Assembly (NCBI GenBank): GCA_905178155.1
Contig: CAJINV010000003.1
Location: forward strand, 10,266,064-10,330,063
DNA: 64,000 bases
DNA from: Amoebophrya sp. A120
Lineage: Eukaryota; Protista; Dinoflagellata
Direction of reading: 5' to 3'
Below are positions 11,471 through 25,400 of this stretch, piece after piece. A program made the translations under genes and the position numbers. Position 1 is the stretch's first letter. The number at the start of each line of letters is the position of its first letter. The notes below the pieces were generated by a model. The model saw only the letters and a list, made by a program, of their open reading frames with translations, ran no database searches and was not told where the DNA came from.

Positions 11471-13467
11471 ACATCAACAGCATACGTGCATGCTTCATGT
11501 TCTTGTCCCGGTCTAGCAGTACGTAAATCATGCGTTGTGAAATGGTTTTTTTCGAATAGTAATTTTTCACTTTTATATTTATTCCATGTAGTATTCATTT
11601 TCATTGCAGCATCAACATGCGAAATAATCGCTCACGTACGAGACCATTTCGTTTTACTTGCGCTGAATTTTATGTTTATAATCTAGAGTGTACAGGAGCC
11701 ACGGATCCCGCGACCCCGCTTCCCAGCACCGCCATAGGATCTTGCAACCTTCCGCTCTTGTGCGTTCGTTTTTGTCACCTCGGCACCACACTATAGATGT
11801 TCATCAGGTTAAAGTTTTTGTGACTTTTGCACTGTGTGATGCCACACTCGTCTGAATGAATAAACGAATTCTGTCAACAACGTTTTTTGTGGCGTTTTTG
11901 TCGAGGCGGATACGAGAGATGATTGAAAAATAACAATTCTCTCATGCGAGACAAGAGCAATAAAATGGCAACTCAGACGAGCAGTCTGATGTGGAAATCT
12001 CAATCAATAAACCAGCCGAAGAAATAAATGAATGCGCAGCACCTGTGTTCGAGATTCAAATTCATTCGGTCAACACACTGGTTGCCCACTTCCAGCCAAA
12101 AGAAGTCAGTCTCAGTTTCTTTGTCTCGCTCCCCTGTCTTCATGCACCTCTGCCAGCATTCAAAATTAGATTTCAAGCGGATTCGCTTCGCGGTGAAGAT
12201 CAGCGCCTGATTGATATTTTTACCCTATGTATATCACACAAGATCAATCAATCTGAAATTGAATTGCAAAACGCCGATCTTTGGCTCGTGCGAAGTAGAG
12301 GTGGATTTTTTGTTTGCACGTTTGTTTCGCGGATTACTTCTGTCAGTTGTAGAAGATCTTTATTTCGTTTTATTTATTGTAAAGGTATTAAACATTAAAC
12401 AATTGTCGCATATGGAGATCATATGGTCGTGGTCAGTTTCATCCATCCGCTTCGGCGTGTTGTATTAGCATGAGTGAGGTTGAAAACCGTAACTCGCTGT
12501 GGCAACAAGGTGGATGTGGATCACCAAAATCGTCGGCCGGGGGCAGTGCATGTGTGGCTGCGTTTGGGCAAGAGCAGTTGCGTCTTCCTTTTTTTTCTTA
12601 ATTGCCCAATGCGTCCCGCTCTCGCGCGTGCTCACCAGCGCTTATCGCGGGGCCAAACCCGGAGAAGACTTCGAAGCGTTCCGAGCCTGAGTTCCGTCGG
12701 AATCCAAGCAACATCTGGCGAAATTCCTGCCACTTTGTCAATTCCCGGGATACCTCCCGGATTCTTCCCGCATTGATTTGGCCTCTGCCGGTGACAAATC
12801 AGGCCAGAGTCTGGCCAGCGGCCTACTCTTGACGCCCTTCTGGTAAAAATCCAACCAATTTCGGCGAAGCTCTGGCTGGAATCTTCCGGCAAGAGTTTTT
12901 GGCTGCGCGACATTTTCGGATTTGGCCGAACTCATGTGAAATCCCCGAAGGGGTCCGAACCTTTGAACAGGCCTGCGGTCTCGGGGCTTTCGCCTAGCGG
13001 TCCCGTGGGCACGGTAATGGCTGTCGGCGCGATGGGCCGGCCGGCCGAGGGCAGTTTTGCGCACGCTTTTGGGTTCGCAGCAGTTGGACGGAGCTGCCCT
13101 TCACTTGGTTCTGTCCAAACACAGCCATAGTTTTAATTTGTGCGCCCCCCGAAAATATTTCAAGGATGCACCTTTCCGTGGCCGGCTTTCCTACATATTA
13201 AACAAAACAAAATTGCTGTTCGGCGTACAACTCGAATATTCCAGGCATCGTTCGAACGACGTGGTGAAGAGTGTCGCAGAAAGCAGGTGTCACTGTCAAG
13301 CTCAGGGCGTTTGCCGTGTTCCGCCGAGTGGACGAAGAAGTGGTAGAAAGGCATGATGCGCTCCTGCATGTAACTAGGGTAGTCCTACCGGTGTGTGGGC
13401 GTGATAATTTTTTTCTCCGCAATCCGCTGATGGTTTGAGAAACAAACCGGCATAAAGAGTGGGCGAT

Positions 13468-16400
13468 ATGCTGCGTGCCCGGACCGACCTCCTGGATGAG
13501 CACGACTTATCCAAATTGATCGTCAGTGTGTGCAACTACTTTTCCTTGGGGCAGACCGAGTTAGCGCGGGCGCTTTGGCGCATCGTGGCGCAGCGGGATC
13601 TGCCACAGGCACTGCGGGTTTTGAAGATAATTTTGTGGCATGGGCCGCCACGGCATTGGGTTCCGAGCACTAGCACCCCTTCTTCGGCGCACCTGTGCTG
13701 GTTCTGCTTGCACCTGAGTTTGGCCCGCGGACAGCAGCTGCGCATTCCCCGATGGCTGAAGCAGCGCCTAGAGCTGGACGTGTTGATCGCCTGCGCTTTG
13801 CTCGACGGCGCGGCGCTGCGCGCAGGACGCGGGCGGCTAACCGCAGAGGTCGCGAATGAGCTCCGCGCTTATCACGCGGGGTTGCTCGATTTGGATGGCA
13901 AGCAGCAGGTGGTGCTCCCGGCGCTCACGTTGCTGCCAATCCTTCCCCAACTGTCCTCCTACGCGTCCTACTTGCCGGCACAGGTTATCGAACAAAAGTC
14001 TTTCGCACGACAGAACCCGCGGCTGAGCCGGCAGGCAGTCTTGCAGCTCTACGAAATGACGAAGGTGCAGCCAGTGCTGGGGCACACACTCTGCGACCAA
14101 TTTTTGCGGATTCGCAACCTCGCAGACCAGATGTCCATCGGGCTTGCGGCAGACGCTCTTCTATTCCGAAACTTCGATCTGGCCTGCCGTCACTTGCGCT
14201 TCGTGGAGCCGGATAGTGGACGGTTGCTACCTCCGGGGGCGGCCTTGTACGAGTTGTTCACCTTTCTCATCTTGCACGTTTTCCACACCGCCGACCCAAA
14301 TTATGTGGCTGATGTAGCAGAGGGGCTGCGTGGAGGTTCTGGCGCAGCGGTAGTGGGAGCCCCCGCGGTAAATTTTTCCAGACACGACCCAGCAACCGCG
14401 GCCGGTGGTACGACTAGCCGGAGTCAGCAGTACAGCCAACGGGGCGGCAGATCTAGCGCGAATCAAGCAAACGGCAGAACAAGCACGACGTCCACCTTTG
14501 CGAGCAGCCTTTACGCCGACCAGACATTGAGGAATGCGAATGGCTTCCCGGGTGGGGCACCGTCCTCGAGCAGTGCGGCGGCAAACAAAATCCTGCGAAA
14601 CTTGATCACTTCTGCCGGCGGCAACGGCGCTAACCAGTTGAACGGCGGGGGAGGGATACCCCTCTCAGAATGGAAGAGCGCTGCCGTGCGTTATCTGACG
14701 GACCAGTTTCAGGTATTCGGGGGAACGTCGTCCACTGGTGGCTTCCGTATGCAGCACGTGAGGCGAAAGCCGCGCATTTACGAGGCGTTACTATCAAACC
14801 GATGCACGGAAGCCCTGAAGCTGTTCCAGGTGATCGAAGATGAGTTTCACCGTTTGCAAATTCAGGCATCCCCCCTCCCACCGGCCTTCGACCGTCGCAT
14901 GAGATTGTATTCATCTTCTGCTGCATCTTCTGCCACACAACCACAAGGCGCAGGTCCGGTTTTTCCTGTAAGAGCTGGGGCGTGTCAAAAAGCTGCTGCA
15001 CCGGCGTTGATGGCGCATGGAGAGCGGACGACCAGCAGGACGAGTTACAACTTTCCGATAGCAGCAGCCTCGTCTAGTAACCCACAAGATCAACAGTCGT
15101 GGAGTGCTGCCCACCACAGTAGCGTTAGCTGCACGTCTGCGCTTGGCACTTCTGGAGCACCGGATCATGCAGAGCCCGGTCTGCTGCTCGGAACGCTTGT
15201 TCTGGATGAAGGTGCGTGCTGGTGGGACGACTACTTCGAGTTTGCCCGCGTGGCGCACGTTCACTGTTTGGAGTACGTGGTTAGCACAGCATGTCGCTTC
15301 GTCCGAGAGCGGCAACTGGGACTGCTGACGCGGTTGCTAAAGCCCTTTGCCCAGCTGAAGCCCTTGGTGATTTTGCTCACCTGGCAGGACCTCACGCTGG
15401 AGCGGCGGAAGGAGCTACTGGACACCGTTTGGCAGTCCTACGTGGCGGAAACGGCGACCTGTGGAGTCCACGGCAAGTATTTTGGATGCCACCGGGTGGG
15501 AGACTTGTGGATTGACTTCTGGGTGGAAGTGCTAGACTACGCTGTAAAGCTCTCGCTCTGGGTGGCGAATCTAATCACATCCAACTTTCCGGACCAGGAC
15601 CAGGGAGGCGCTGGGAGCACCAACGGCAATCCGGCTGGTCCGCAATTTTGGAAAGTCGCAACGGAGGTTTTGGATCGCCTTCTGATTGACGACCTGGCCG
15701 CGGATGACGAATGCCCGGTACGAGAGGGACTGCTGCCTCCAGGAGAATCACGGGCAGTTGACCTCCCACAAGGAGAAGTCTGGCACAAGAAGCACGTGCC
15801 GTCGGACGAGGTTCATAAACGTCGATACACTTCTTCCACTGGAACTGATATTCAACTGGGACCACCAAAAGGTGCGCGCAACGGTGGCAATTTCCTGGTG
15901 CAGAATCCGACGTTTCATCGCGCGGTTACCAGCTGTTCGTTGCTTTTGGTGATGCGTACCCACTTACCGAACGTAGAAAGCGGCGTCATGCTACGCGCGT
16001 TGGAGCAGCTTCCTCTGTTGCGTCTTCGCAGTGCTGCTAGCCAGCACTCCTACGACCTGGACCTGTGTCGCTGCTACTACGCCTTGCGTTGCGTTCTGAC
16101 GTTAGTGGAGCAATTGCACACGGCAGCAGCTCGGAGTAAGAACAGCTCGGCAGAGCATCCCCGCAGTGCCTTCAAAATTCTGATCCAAAGCAGCATTGTG
16201 GAGCTGGACCGTCTTGTATCAGACTAAAAAGTGCGCCTACCCCAGAACACGGAACTTTCTGTGATGCAAAGTTCGTCAATCTTCAATTTCATTGGGACAA
16301 TCAAATTGAAATCCAAATTGTACATTACTGCGTATGTTGCATTCAATGCAAATTAGGTTTGCCCTAACGCTCCTGCAGATGAGAAATAAATTTCCGGCGC

Positions 16401-19400
16401 GCGGACGCGCAGCGCAGCGTGCGTATGTATCTAGAATGGGCGTGCGCTCCGCGCCCGCCGGCCCGGCGACGGGGGGGGCAAGGGGGGGCGAGGGAGAAAG
16501 AACCTTTAGGGGAAAACCCATGGCCCAAACCTCACTGGTCATGCCCAAACTATGCTGACACCACAGGCGGAAAGCAATGACAACACACACAGGGGAGCAG
16601 ACGCCGCACTCCCTGATCGTGAGCGAAGCAAGGGCACGCACAGACATCAAGGCCGCAAGGCGCGAAGTGCCGCAGCCACTGCCTGGGCCTCCACAAACAA
16701 AGCGGCCGGAAGGCGTTCGCAGAACCTTTGCGAAGGCCCGGAAGGCTCACCACAGGAAACAGAGGCGGGCCACAGGAAACAGGGCCAAAACGGGGCACGA
16801 AAGGCCAAAAGACCAGAAACGGGGCTGGCGCAAGGCAAGACAAATAAGAGCACAGGAAGGCGGCGGAAAGGCAGGCGGGGCACTGCGGGCGATATGCTCT
16901 AAAAGTAAAAGCCAGAAAGCTGATGCTGACAAGAAGAGCAAGTGGGCCAAGACTCGCTTCAACCAGACGAAAGCCCTGAAAACGAAACCACTGCGCCGAA
17001 GCAGGGCACGGAGGCGAGGCGCAAACCAAAAAGCCCGGCGACCCAAAGGAAACGGGGCATCGCACGCAGCCCCATTGGGGCCGAAGGGGCCCCGCGGCGA
17101 CGAGCACGCGAGAGAGGCAAGCCTGCAGAGTCACAGGCGGAAGGGAAAGGCGAAAACTGGCGCCAAATACCTCGCAACAGGGGGCGAAGGGCAAGGGGCG
17201 CCAGAATGCAGCACGACTCCGGCCCGGGGCAGCCAATCGCGAACCGCAACAAGGCACCTAAGCCAAGGCCAAGGGCACAGACCAGGACCGGCAGGCCCGA
17301 AGGCCACCCGGGGGCCCGGCAGCGCTTTACTGACTGGAAGTGGCCCCGCCGCGGAGGCGGAGCTGCCTGCGCCAGTTTTCTACTAGTGCTTCCACTAGTG
17401 AAGGGCGCCACTAGCGGGGAGCGTCACTAGTAGCCGCAAACCCGTTGTGGCGATCATAAAACCACTACCAGGATTTCTCCTTGTGGCCCCTTTTCCACTA
17501 GCAGCTTTCCACTAGCAGGATCTCTACTAGTAGCGCTCACCCCCTCGTCCGCCCTGATTCTTTTATTTAGTATATCTATATAGGTAAAGGTAATTGTGAG
17601 ATGACAAACTTCCTATAACTAGCGCTTTTTTTGACACGGCCAAGCATTTAATATATAAGAAAGTTGCCAACTCCTGCTCGTCGAGGGGGAGGGCACTCGG
17701 CAATTTGATACTTCGTTTCGTGCATCCAGCGACCTCATCTGAAAATTATGGAAGGGGAGGGAGTGATGTTACAGAATGGCGCCAGCCCTCAACAACGATT
17801 CTGTTGCGATTCGCCACACGGACGATTTGCAATTGCATAAACTTTTAACTTTTATATGTCTTTTTGTCATGTTCATAATACTCGGCGAAAAAGAGAAACG
17901 TAAAGCGAGATTTTTCATGGGGCTCGCGGCAGCTCGTACAGCCAATCGCTTTCCCTCTACAAAGATTAATGTTTTCGTGCAGATCTGTAGTCTGTGTTTT
18001 GTCCGAAGCAGTTTCCTCAAGAGCAACAAATCCGTCGCCTCCGCTGGTCCGGCTGCTGCAGGGACCATTTCTATCGACTCTTTCGCTGCTCTTCCAGCAG
18101 CCGACGATCATTTTTTGGTCCCACCTGCCGCCGTACTGTCGTTGCTGTCGCTCCTCCGCCACCACCTGGGCCGAACGACCGCGGAGGTGGATCTTAGGAT
18201 GAACAAGTGCACGAGCACGACCAAGAGCAACAACTCTTGCACGATGGTGACGCGCGTAAAGGAACACTTGTCCCAGTTTACGCGCGAGGTGCTGTGGCGG
18301 CTGTTTCTGACGTTAAAGGAGTACTTTTTGTTTCTCAGGTTCCGGGAAAAGATGTCGTTGGCGGCGGACCCACGCCAGTAACAAATGCACATATGTCTGG
18401 ATCTAGATGTGAAAGAGTGCAACTTGTGACGGGAAACGCTGCCTTTGAACTCTATGTTGAAAATCTGCAAGTATTGCAAGAGCAGCGAGAGATGTCAAGT
18501 TCAAGTTTTTGCTACACGGAGGAGGCATTCCCCATGTGGTTTAGGCAGCAGGGTCAGGAAGTCCACACAAAATCTGTGATCCCAGGGCACGCACTACAGA
18601 TCTTGTTATGGCTCGTGTAAAATGTGCTGCGTTCCGGCTACTCTGGATCGCGATCGATGGAGACAGGGCGGGACCTGCACCGGCGACAGGCACTAGCCAA
18701 CCTCCAGCCAACCAATCAATGAGCCAAGATTTGCATTTTTTCGGACATCACCCAGACATGTTTGCATGTGGTAGCCATTGGGCGGACGCCATTGGCGCGA
18801 CGATGGTGGGACGGGAGAGCTTTCTCCCCAATCACCACCTTAATTTGGACAGTCCCTTTCGCCAGTTCACCACCCCGGCGGAATCTGCCTTGTCTCTTCA
18901 GCCGGAATCCTTTCTGCCCCGAATGCTGTCCAATCCGAAACTGCTGTTGCACCGCGCGCTACGCATGAATGACTACAAATTAGCCGAAAAAATTCACACC
19001 GATTACTACCACAGCGATCAACACTTGGACGACTTGCTCTACCCCGTCGTGATGGGGCATGCGACAATTTCTTGCAATTCGCGATACGAGCAGGAGGAAA
19101 ACTATTTTAGGACGAGCAAGAAGAACTTATTGTCGAGCACCCACGGAGCCGAAGGCGGTGGTGGAACGCGACTACCCCTACGACCACGAAAAACTGCCGG
19201 CACGACAACATCCTCGATGGCGCGGAAAGGTGATCGGGGAGTTGTTGTGGTGGCCAAGAAATTTGCGAATTTCCGTCGGCGCATGATGCGGCAGAAGTCT
19301 CCGCCCGAGACCGTCGAAGCCGAGGTGATGCGGCTGTGCGCACAGTATTTTCTCGGGGAAGAGGCGCTGCGTGCGTCGTTCTATATCTTAGTAGATCTGG

Positions 19401-22400
19401 CGGTTTCGGCTGCACCCCATACCGGGGTTTCGACGCGCCTGCTGAAAAAGGCGTTACAAATTTTGGAGAGCCTCGTCTTCGAGGAACTGGAACAGGAGCA
19501 AGGGCAGAAAGACCTGAAGAATAGGACCCCTAACACCGCTATCAACGTGACGAGAGCTGCAACTCAATATTCCGGAAATTCCTCGCGCTCTCCCGCTTCC
19601 TCCGCACAGGCTGCGAACCCGAACGCCGGTTCCGGAGAACAGCTGCAAAATTGGGTGGCGCGATTGAACGTGCTCGTGGAAGCGCGAACCCAGTACAAGA
19701 CCCTGGCGAACATTTTGCTGGGGATCGAAACTTTACCTTCCGAGCCGGCGTTGCTGAAAAGTCACTTGAACCGCTTGCATTCGCAAAGGCACGCCATCAT
19801 GAGTTTGGTGGAATCGGTCGAATTGGTAAAGCTTGGAGAGGAAGTGCTGCATTCTTTGTCGGCCAGCAAGTATCTGCTACGGTTTCTGGAATACCTGGCC
19901 AAGGTGACGGATCTCATGCGGTCAACCGAAAATTATCAGGGCGAATTGAAGGTCTTTGATGTTTTAGCGGAATCGCCCGAGGGCATCGTGGCACGGCTCC
20001 TCTTCGACCTCGGCGGCGCGGAACAGGCCCAGGCGTTGGCCAAAGTTATGGGAGTCGATCTTGTGGAGGTCATCCTGCACTACGCCTATAGTACAGAAAG
20101 TTTGGCACCGGCCGCTGCTTTCAAGGCGAACGTCCTCGCGACAATGCGGAGTGGTGTCATCGATGCAGTAGGTGCTGGCTCTTTGTCTGCGCCGCGCGCT
20201 GCGGGTCACGCCGATGCTAGTAGTCGTCCTCCTGTTACTGTACCGGGAAGAGTAGAACGAGTCGGACTCGGAGTGAAAATAACAACCACGGGAACTAAAA
20301 ATGGAAATGCTGTGACAAGTAAGACAGGAGCTACAGTAGATCATACCGGGTCCCAAGAACAGCAAGCCGAGGATACGGACTCCTTTCGAGAAAACGGCAG
20401 TGTGATGTTGAAGCACCAAGGACAAGGAACCGGGAGCGTGGAGCCGGGGTGTGCGAGCAATCGCGAGGCCTATCAATAGAAAAAAGCTACGACGCATGAT
20501 CATATTTCTGAAGGCAAGATAAGGAATTGCACAGATGACAGATGAAGAAAGATCTGTCGTCGGCGGGCCCCTAGCACACTGTGTCGAATAGCACTACAGA
20601 CTTTCCTCTCGCTATGTGAGTGATTTTATTCTTGCATCACCATTAGTACCTGAAGTGAGAGCCCTCATGCTCATGCAATGAATAAAAAAGAATAGTAGAT
20701 GTAGAAGTACATCTACTACATCGCGACCGCATGGAAAGAGTAGTTGAAGTATTTGTATCTCGCGCCGCCGTCGAGTGGGCTTAAGCTTCACGCCGCGAAA
20801 TTTTCTACATACCTACGGAACAACCGGACACAAGGAAGGTGGCCATGACTGTAAGACGGAAGAGCGCACTTGGCCCTCAACCCCAGCAATAGCGCGCGCG
20901 CGTGGATGTGTATTAAGTAGGAAATGGACAAACTAGTACCAGACAACGGCCCGCAGCGTTTTTCAAAGCGGAGCGCTGCGGCTTGTCACGAGAAGGATGA
21001 AACTGAATCTAGATGGCTCCGCGCGGGCAGGAAGCTGACCGCTTACATCAATAGGCGAGGCCAACTTTGAGGCAGTCCGTTTTTCGTGTGTAAGGCCGAC
21101 GCGCATGAAGCCGGCCAGTATCTGTGCCACCATGCACGACAGGCCGGCACACCAGGACCAAGCTGCCTCGCGATGCATTGACGCTGCCAACGCGGGAAAA
21201 AAAGCGCCGCTCGAGCTTGGTATAGTAGTAGATTGTTTGAAGGATCTAGCACGGACGGTCGCGGGTAGTGCATGACTACCGCGCCAGCTTTTTGCTGTTT
21301 GATAAGCCCTACGCCATGTCTATGAACGTGGTGCGTGTGGTGGAGAAAGCAGCTGGCCCGCTTCTGGCTTGCCTTGCATGTCTCGAGCGCCGACCGGAAC
21401 AGTGGCCGTCGACCGCATTTTTGAGCTACGCACGCGGCGCGTGCAGCGAGTTTCCAGCGATGCAACGATGGGTGTACGAACGCTGTGAGGTCTGGGACGC
21501 ACTGTACTGGGCCGCTTCGCGCGAACGAGTACCGTTTTCTGCCGTGGCGCAGCAGCGGATACAGGTCACTGATGCCAACCACGGATGTACTAAGGAGTTG
21601 AGCGATTTTTCCCCGCTTTCAGGCGACAAAGATTTTTCATACTCGGCATCGTCCGCGAAAACGTTCACGACATCGCCTGTGAGACCCGTCGACGGAGCGG
21701 CGCGCGAATGGGCAGTGCACCACTACAAGGCACGAAGCGAAAAAAATACCGAGAACGAAACCGATGAGAGCAGCGAGCAGGTGTGCTGTACAAGTCTCAC
21801 ATTCGACGGTATTGTGGACGGGTATACGCGGAAAGGACTAGAGCGTCTGCCTGTGGCGGAGCAGCAGGCTCTGCTAGCGGTTGGCGACGACCGCGAGGAT
21901 TTGCTCCGTGCCGCGTATACGCGCCTTGCTTGCTCATTAGTCGCACAGCAGCGGTATGAGGAAGCACTGCAAATCTGTGATCTGGTCGATGGTGTTCATG
22001 TGGTAGACCAGATATTTATGCGATTACTACGGAATTTCGAATTGCCATCTTCCCCTTGGATACCATGCGCGGCGCAGCCACACGCCCACGCGGCCTTTTT
22101 GCAACAGGGAAAAGGGTCCGCGCACGAGTACCTTTATCGGCTACAAGATCCTGAGCTTGCGGCGAAGTTGGTGCTTCGGCTCTATCGGTATTGGGACAAC
22201 CCTGACATCATCTTGCAGGCGCTTACGATGTGCCTGCGAAAGCTGGAGATCAGCAGCGAGCGCCGCCGCAGCGGGGTCTGGAGGAGCCAGCATGCGCCAG
22301 CTGAAGGAACCCCGAGGACTGGCGCTGTGCACCACCCGCAGCCACGGCGAGCACCAGTGGGAAGGTTTGCGAATAATACTACTACTAGTTATAGTGCTAA

Positions 22401-25400
22401 AGTAGGTGGCACCACAATTACCAACACTGGGACTGGCGGAGATCTGCCGGACGCGGAGACGAGCACTATATCTGCTGCAGTGCACGGAAATAGTTCGGCA
22501 GCGAATGCAACCACAAGCAGAAAGGTAAAGAGCCCCCACATCCCCGACGAGAATATTGCTGCGCAGATGGTGGATGGAGATCGAGACACTCCGCAGTTGA
22601 AGGGGGGCGAACAGTTTCACGACACGGCTGTTGTGGAGGGAACCCTAATGGAGGAGCTGCAATTGGTGTTGGGAAACATGACCATTTTGAAGAAAGTTCT
22701 GGAGTGTTGCGGCGGGAAGTGGGCAAGCTGGCATGAGATCGACGATTTGTACAAGATGAAGTACGACCACGGAGATAAAGACCATCTAGCACCGGAGCCG
22801 CAGCAGCCGCATCAGCACTCGCACGCGGAAGTGCCGAAAATGGCAGAGTCATATTCCGTATTGATGCGGCCGCGGAGCACAAGTAGCCCGAGTCGTAGTT
22901 GTTCTCCCGTTGGCCATGGGCCGCACACCTTCAAAAACAAGAGCCGAGAAATACTCGGCGCCGCGCTGGCCGCCGATCATGTGCTAGACAAGAGCACTAC
23001 GATAGAGCTGCTCTCCCGGCGGGCGGGCGCAAACGAGAAGCAGGTTTTTGAAGACACGGTGCTTTCCCATCTATTGTCGCTGAACTTGCATGACCTGGCA
23101 CGGCAAGTGCAGCACATGTACGAAATTGCGGCTCCCAACGTTTGCATGATCGAGGTAGAGCGGCTGGAGTACCTCTTCACTGAGGCCGAAGACAAGACGG
23201 AGGCGGTGACGCGCCTTCTTCATTTCCAGCCGCCGCAGGCCGTGCGGTTCGCCTTCGCGCTGCTGGACCGCTTCACACTGATCCGCCACCGCCTATTGTT
23301 TTGTCGGATGCTCCTTCAGCACCTTCGTTCCTGGCTTTCGGACGCCCAAATTGTGCGGCTGGAGATCCTCTGTGCGAGTTTGGAGCTGCTCAGCGTCGTA
23401 GAGCAGCCGGTATCCTCGACGACAAGCAGTCGAAGTCGCCAGCTTTCCAGTGCTGCAGCTAAAAGCACGGACTCTCATTCCCTCGGCGCCCCCGTCGAGT
23501 TCGAGAGTCTGGAGTTGCTGAAAATGCAGCCGCACTACTTGCGGCTGCTGGATCGTCCGGTACTCATTGTGGAGTCGTTGCTTATGAATTCGCGCACTGA
23601 TCTCCTTCGCGAGTTCCTAGATAGTTTTCCGCAGTACCGAGTCGACTCCCTCATTCTCGGCTACGCGCGGAAGGCACTCAGCCTCAGCGCGTCGACTAGT
23701 AGTTGTCATTCCAGGATGAACGCAGCACCAGAACAGCAAGGTTCGAAGAGAAAAGAAGCAGCGCAAGGACTAGATGATCATCGCGACAACCGCCCATTTG
23801 CGATGGAAACACGGGATGAAAACAAGCGAAGCGAGAACCTCCGAGATTATCAGCAGTTTGAAGGAGTGCGGAAGCAATGGACAGCGGAAACGGGCTTGGG
23901 TGGACCTTGGTGTCTGACGGGCGACCCCGGTCTTGACGACGCGTTGCGTGCGTCTCACGTTTACGAACGAGCTCCGAGCATTGAGCTCGCGGAGAGCTTG
24001 CTTGATCTTCTGTCAGATGAAAGTCTAGAAAACGCTGGACTCTGCTTCCAGCTTTGCGACGAGCTGTCGCTACGGTGGCAGGCACTCATGCCGCATTACT
24101 GCCGCATGAGGGTACAATGTTCATCTTCTCCATCGAAGAAAGGGAATGGCTACGAAATAATGCATTGGACTACAGCTGCTGACGAGAATTCTAATTCTTC
24201 TACTGTCTGTGGGGGTAGTGAACTCGACCCAGAAGAGGACTCGTGGTCCGAAGCGTCGGAGTTTCCGCCACCGGAGGAGTTGTCCGGAACGAGCTGTGAG
24301 GGAGAGCAGGACCATCTTCTTCGAACCTCGGTCAATTCGCCGCCGACGGAAGTACTAGATGATGTGAGCAGTCGTGGTCCACGCAACGTCGGCCTGGTTT
24401 CGAAGGGGAGCAGAAGGCCGGTGGTTGATGGACATGGAGGAACTTTGATGACATTGCAGCCGCCCCGCCATCCGGGGACAGGCGGTGCCGAAACGGACGA
24501 GAGACGCACGGCCAATGACCGACCACAGCCTGGAGTGAACAGTACTAGATCTGCAGCGCATAATCTGTCCTGTAGTACGTAGTGAGGTCACTGCACGGCT
24601 CTAACCTGGTAGCTTTCTTCCCATGAACCGCCAAAAACTGCCGGCATTTTCAGGCCCTAAAAATAAAGCGCATTTCAATTTGAATTTGAGCGGGGTAACA
24701 AATTCTGACGAGTTGTGGCCGTCCCACTATTCACCCGCCCGGCCGGGTGGGTGACTAGTGGGACGGAACCAGGAGCCTGACCAGCTGGCCGGATCTTGCT
24801 TGTCGCCGTATTCGTGGTCAGGATCCTGGTTCCGTCCCACGAAAAAGATAAAAATATCAGGAGCGCCATCTTGTTTCTTTGGCTTTGCCGTCAACGAGAA
24901 GTCGCGGCGTGAGACTATGCTATCGCGCACCAACCGAAAGAAGGACGATGGCGAGCCAGCAAAGGCGGCATCCTTCTGACGCGCCCGCCATGTGAGATTC
25001 TAGCGATTTGGGGCGCCCAAAAGGGCACCCCCCCCCCCAGAAAAAGGGCCCAAAACCAGAACAGCCAAATCGCATGGCGCAGGCGGCGGCGATTTCGGAG
25101 CATTTGGGCGATCGTGAAAGCGGCCGCCGTTTCGCCAGTTTCTTCCTCTGGGAAGCTCTTGATCTTGAACTAGTGCAGCCGCGAAAAATGAATAAGTAAA
25201 ACGCAAAAAAGAAAAAGCGCGCCAGACGCGCGAAGCCAGTCCGCATGTCTTGGGGCCGATTTTCCCACTTCTATACTCTTCGCTTTTTGGGTGCCCCCTG
25301 CGGCTCCCGGATCGGCCTCATAGCACGGAGGCTGGATTCGGAATCCATAGGACGGAGGCTGGATTGGATCGATTTTTCGAAAATTGGCAAAGCTTCTTTC

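Noticed and set aside
12474-13459. Possible 5' intron of ZFYVE26 (gagtg direct repeat, in-frame GT-AG after ATG 12470)
   Set aside because: The IR is weak and not terminal, and the upstream exon would contribute only 4 coding nt. It cannot be supported without cDNA.
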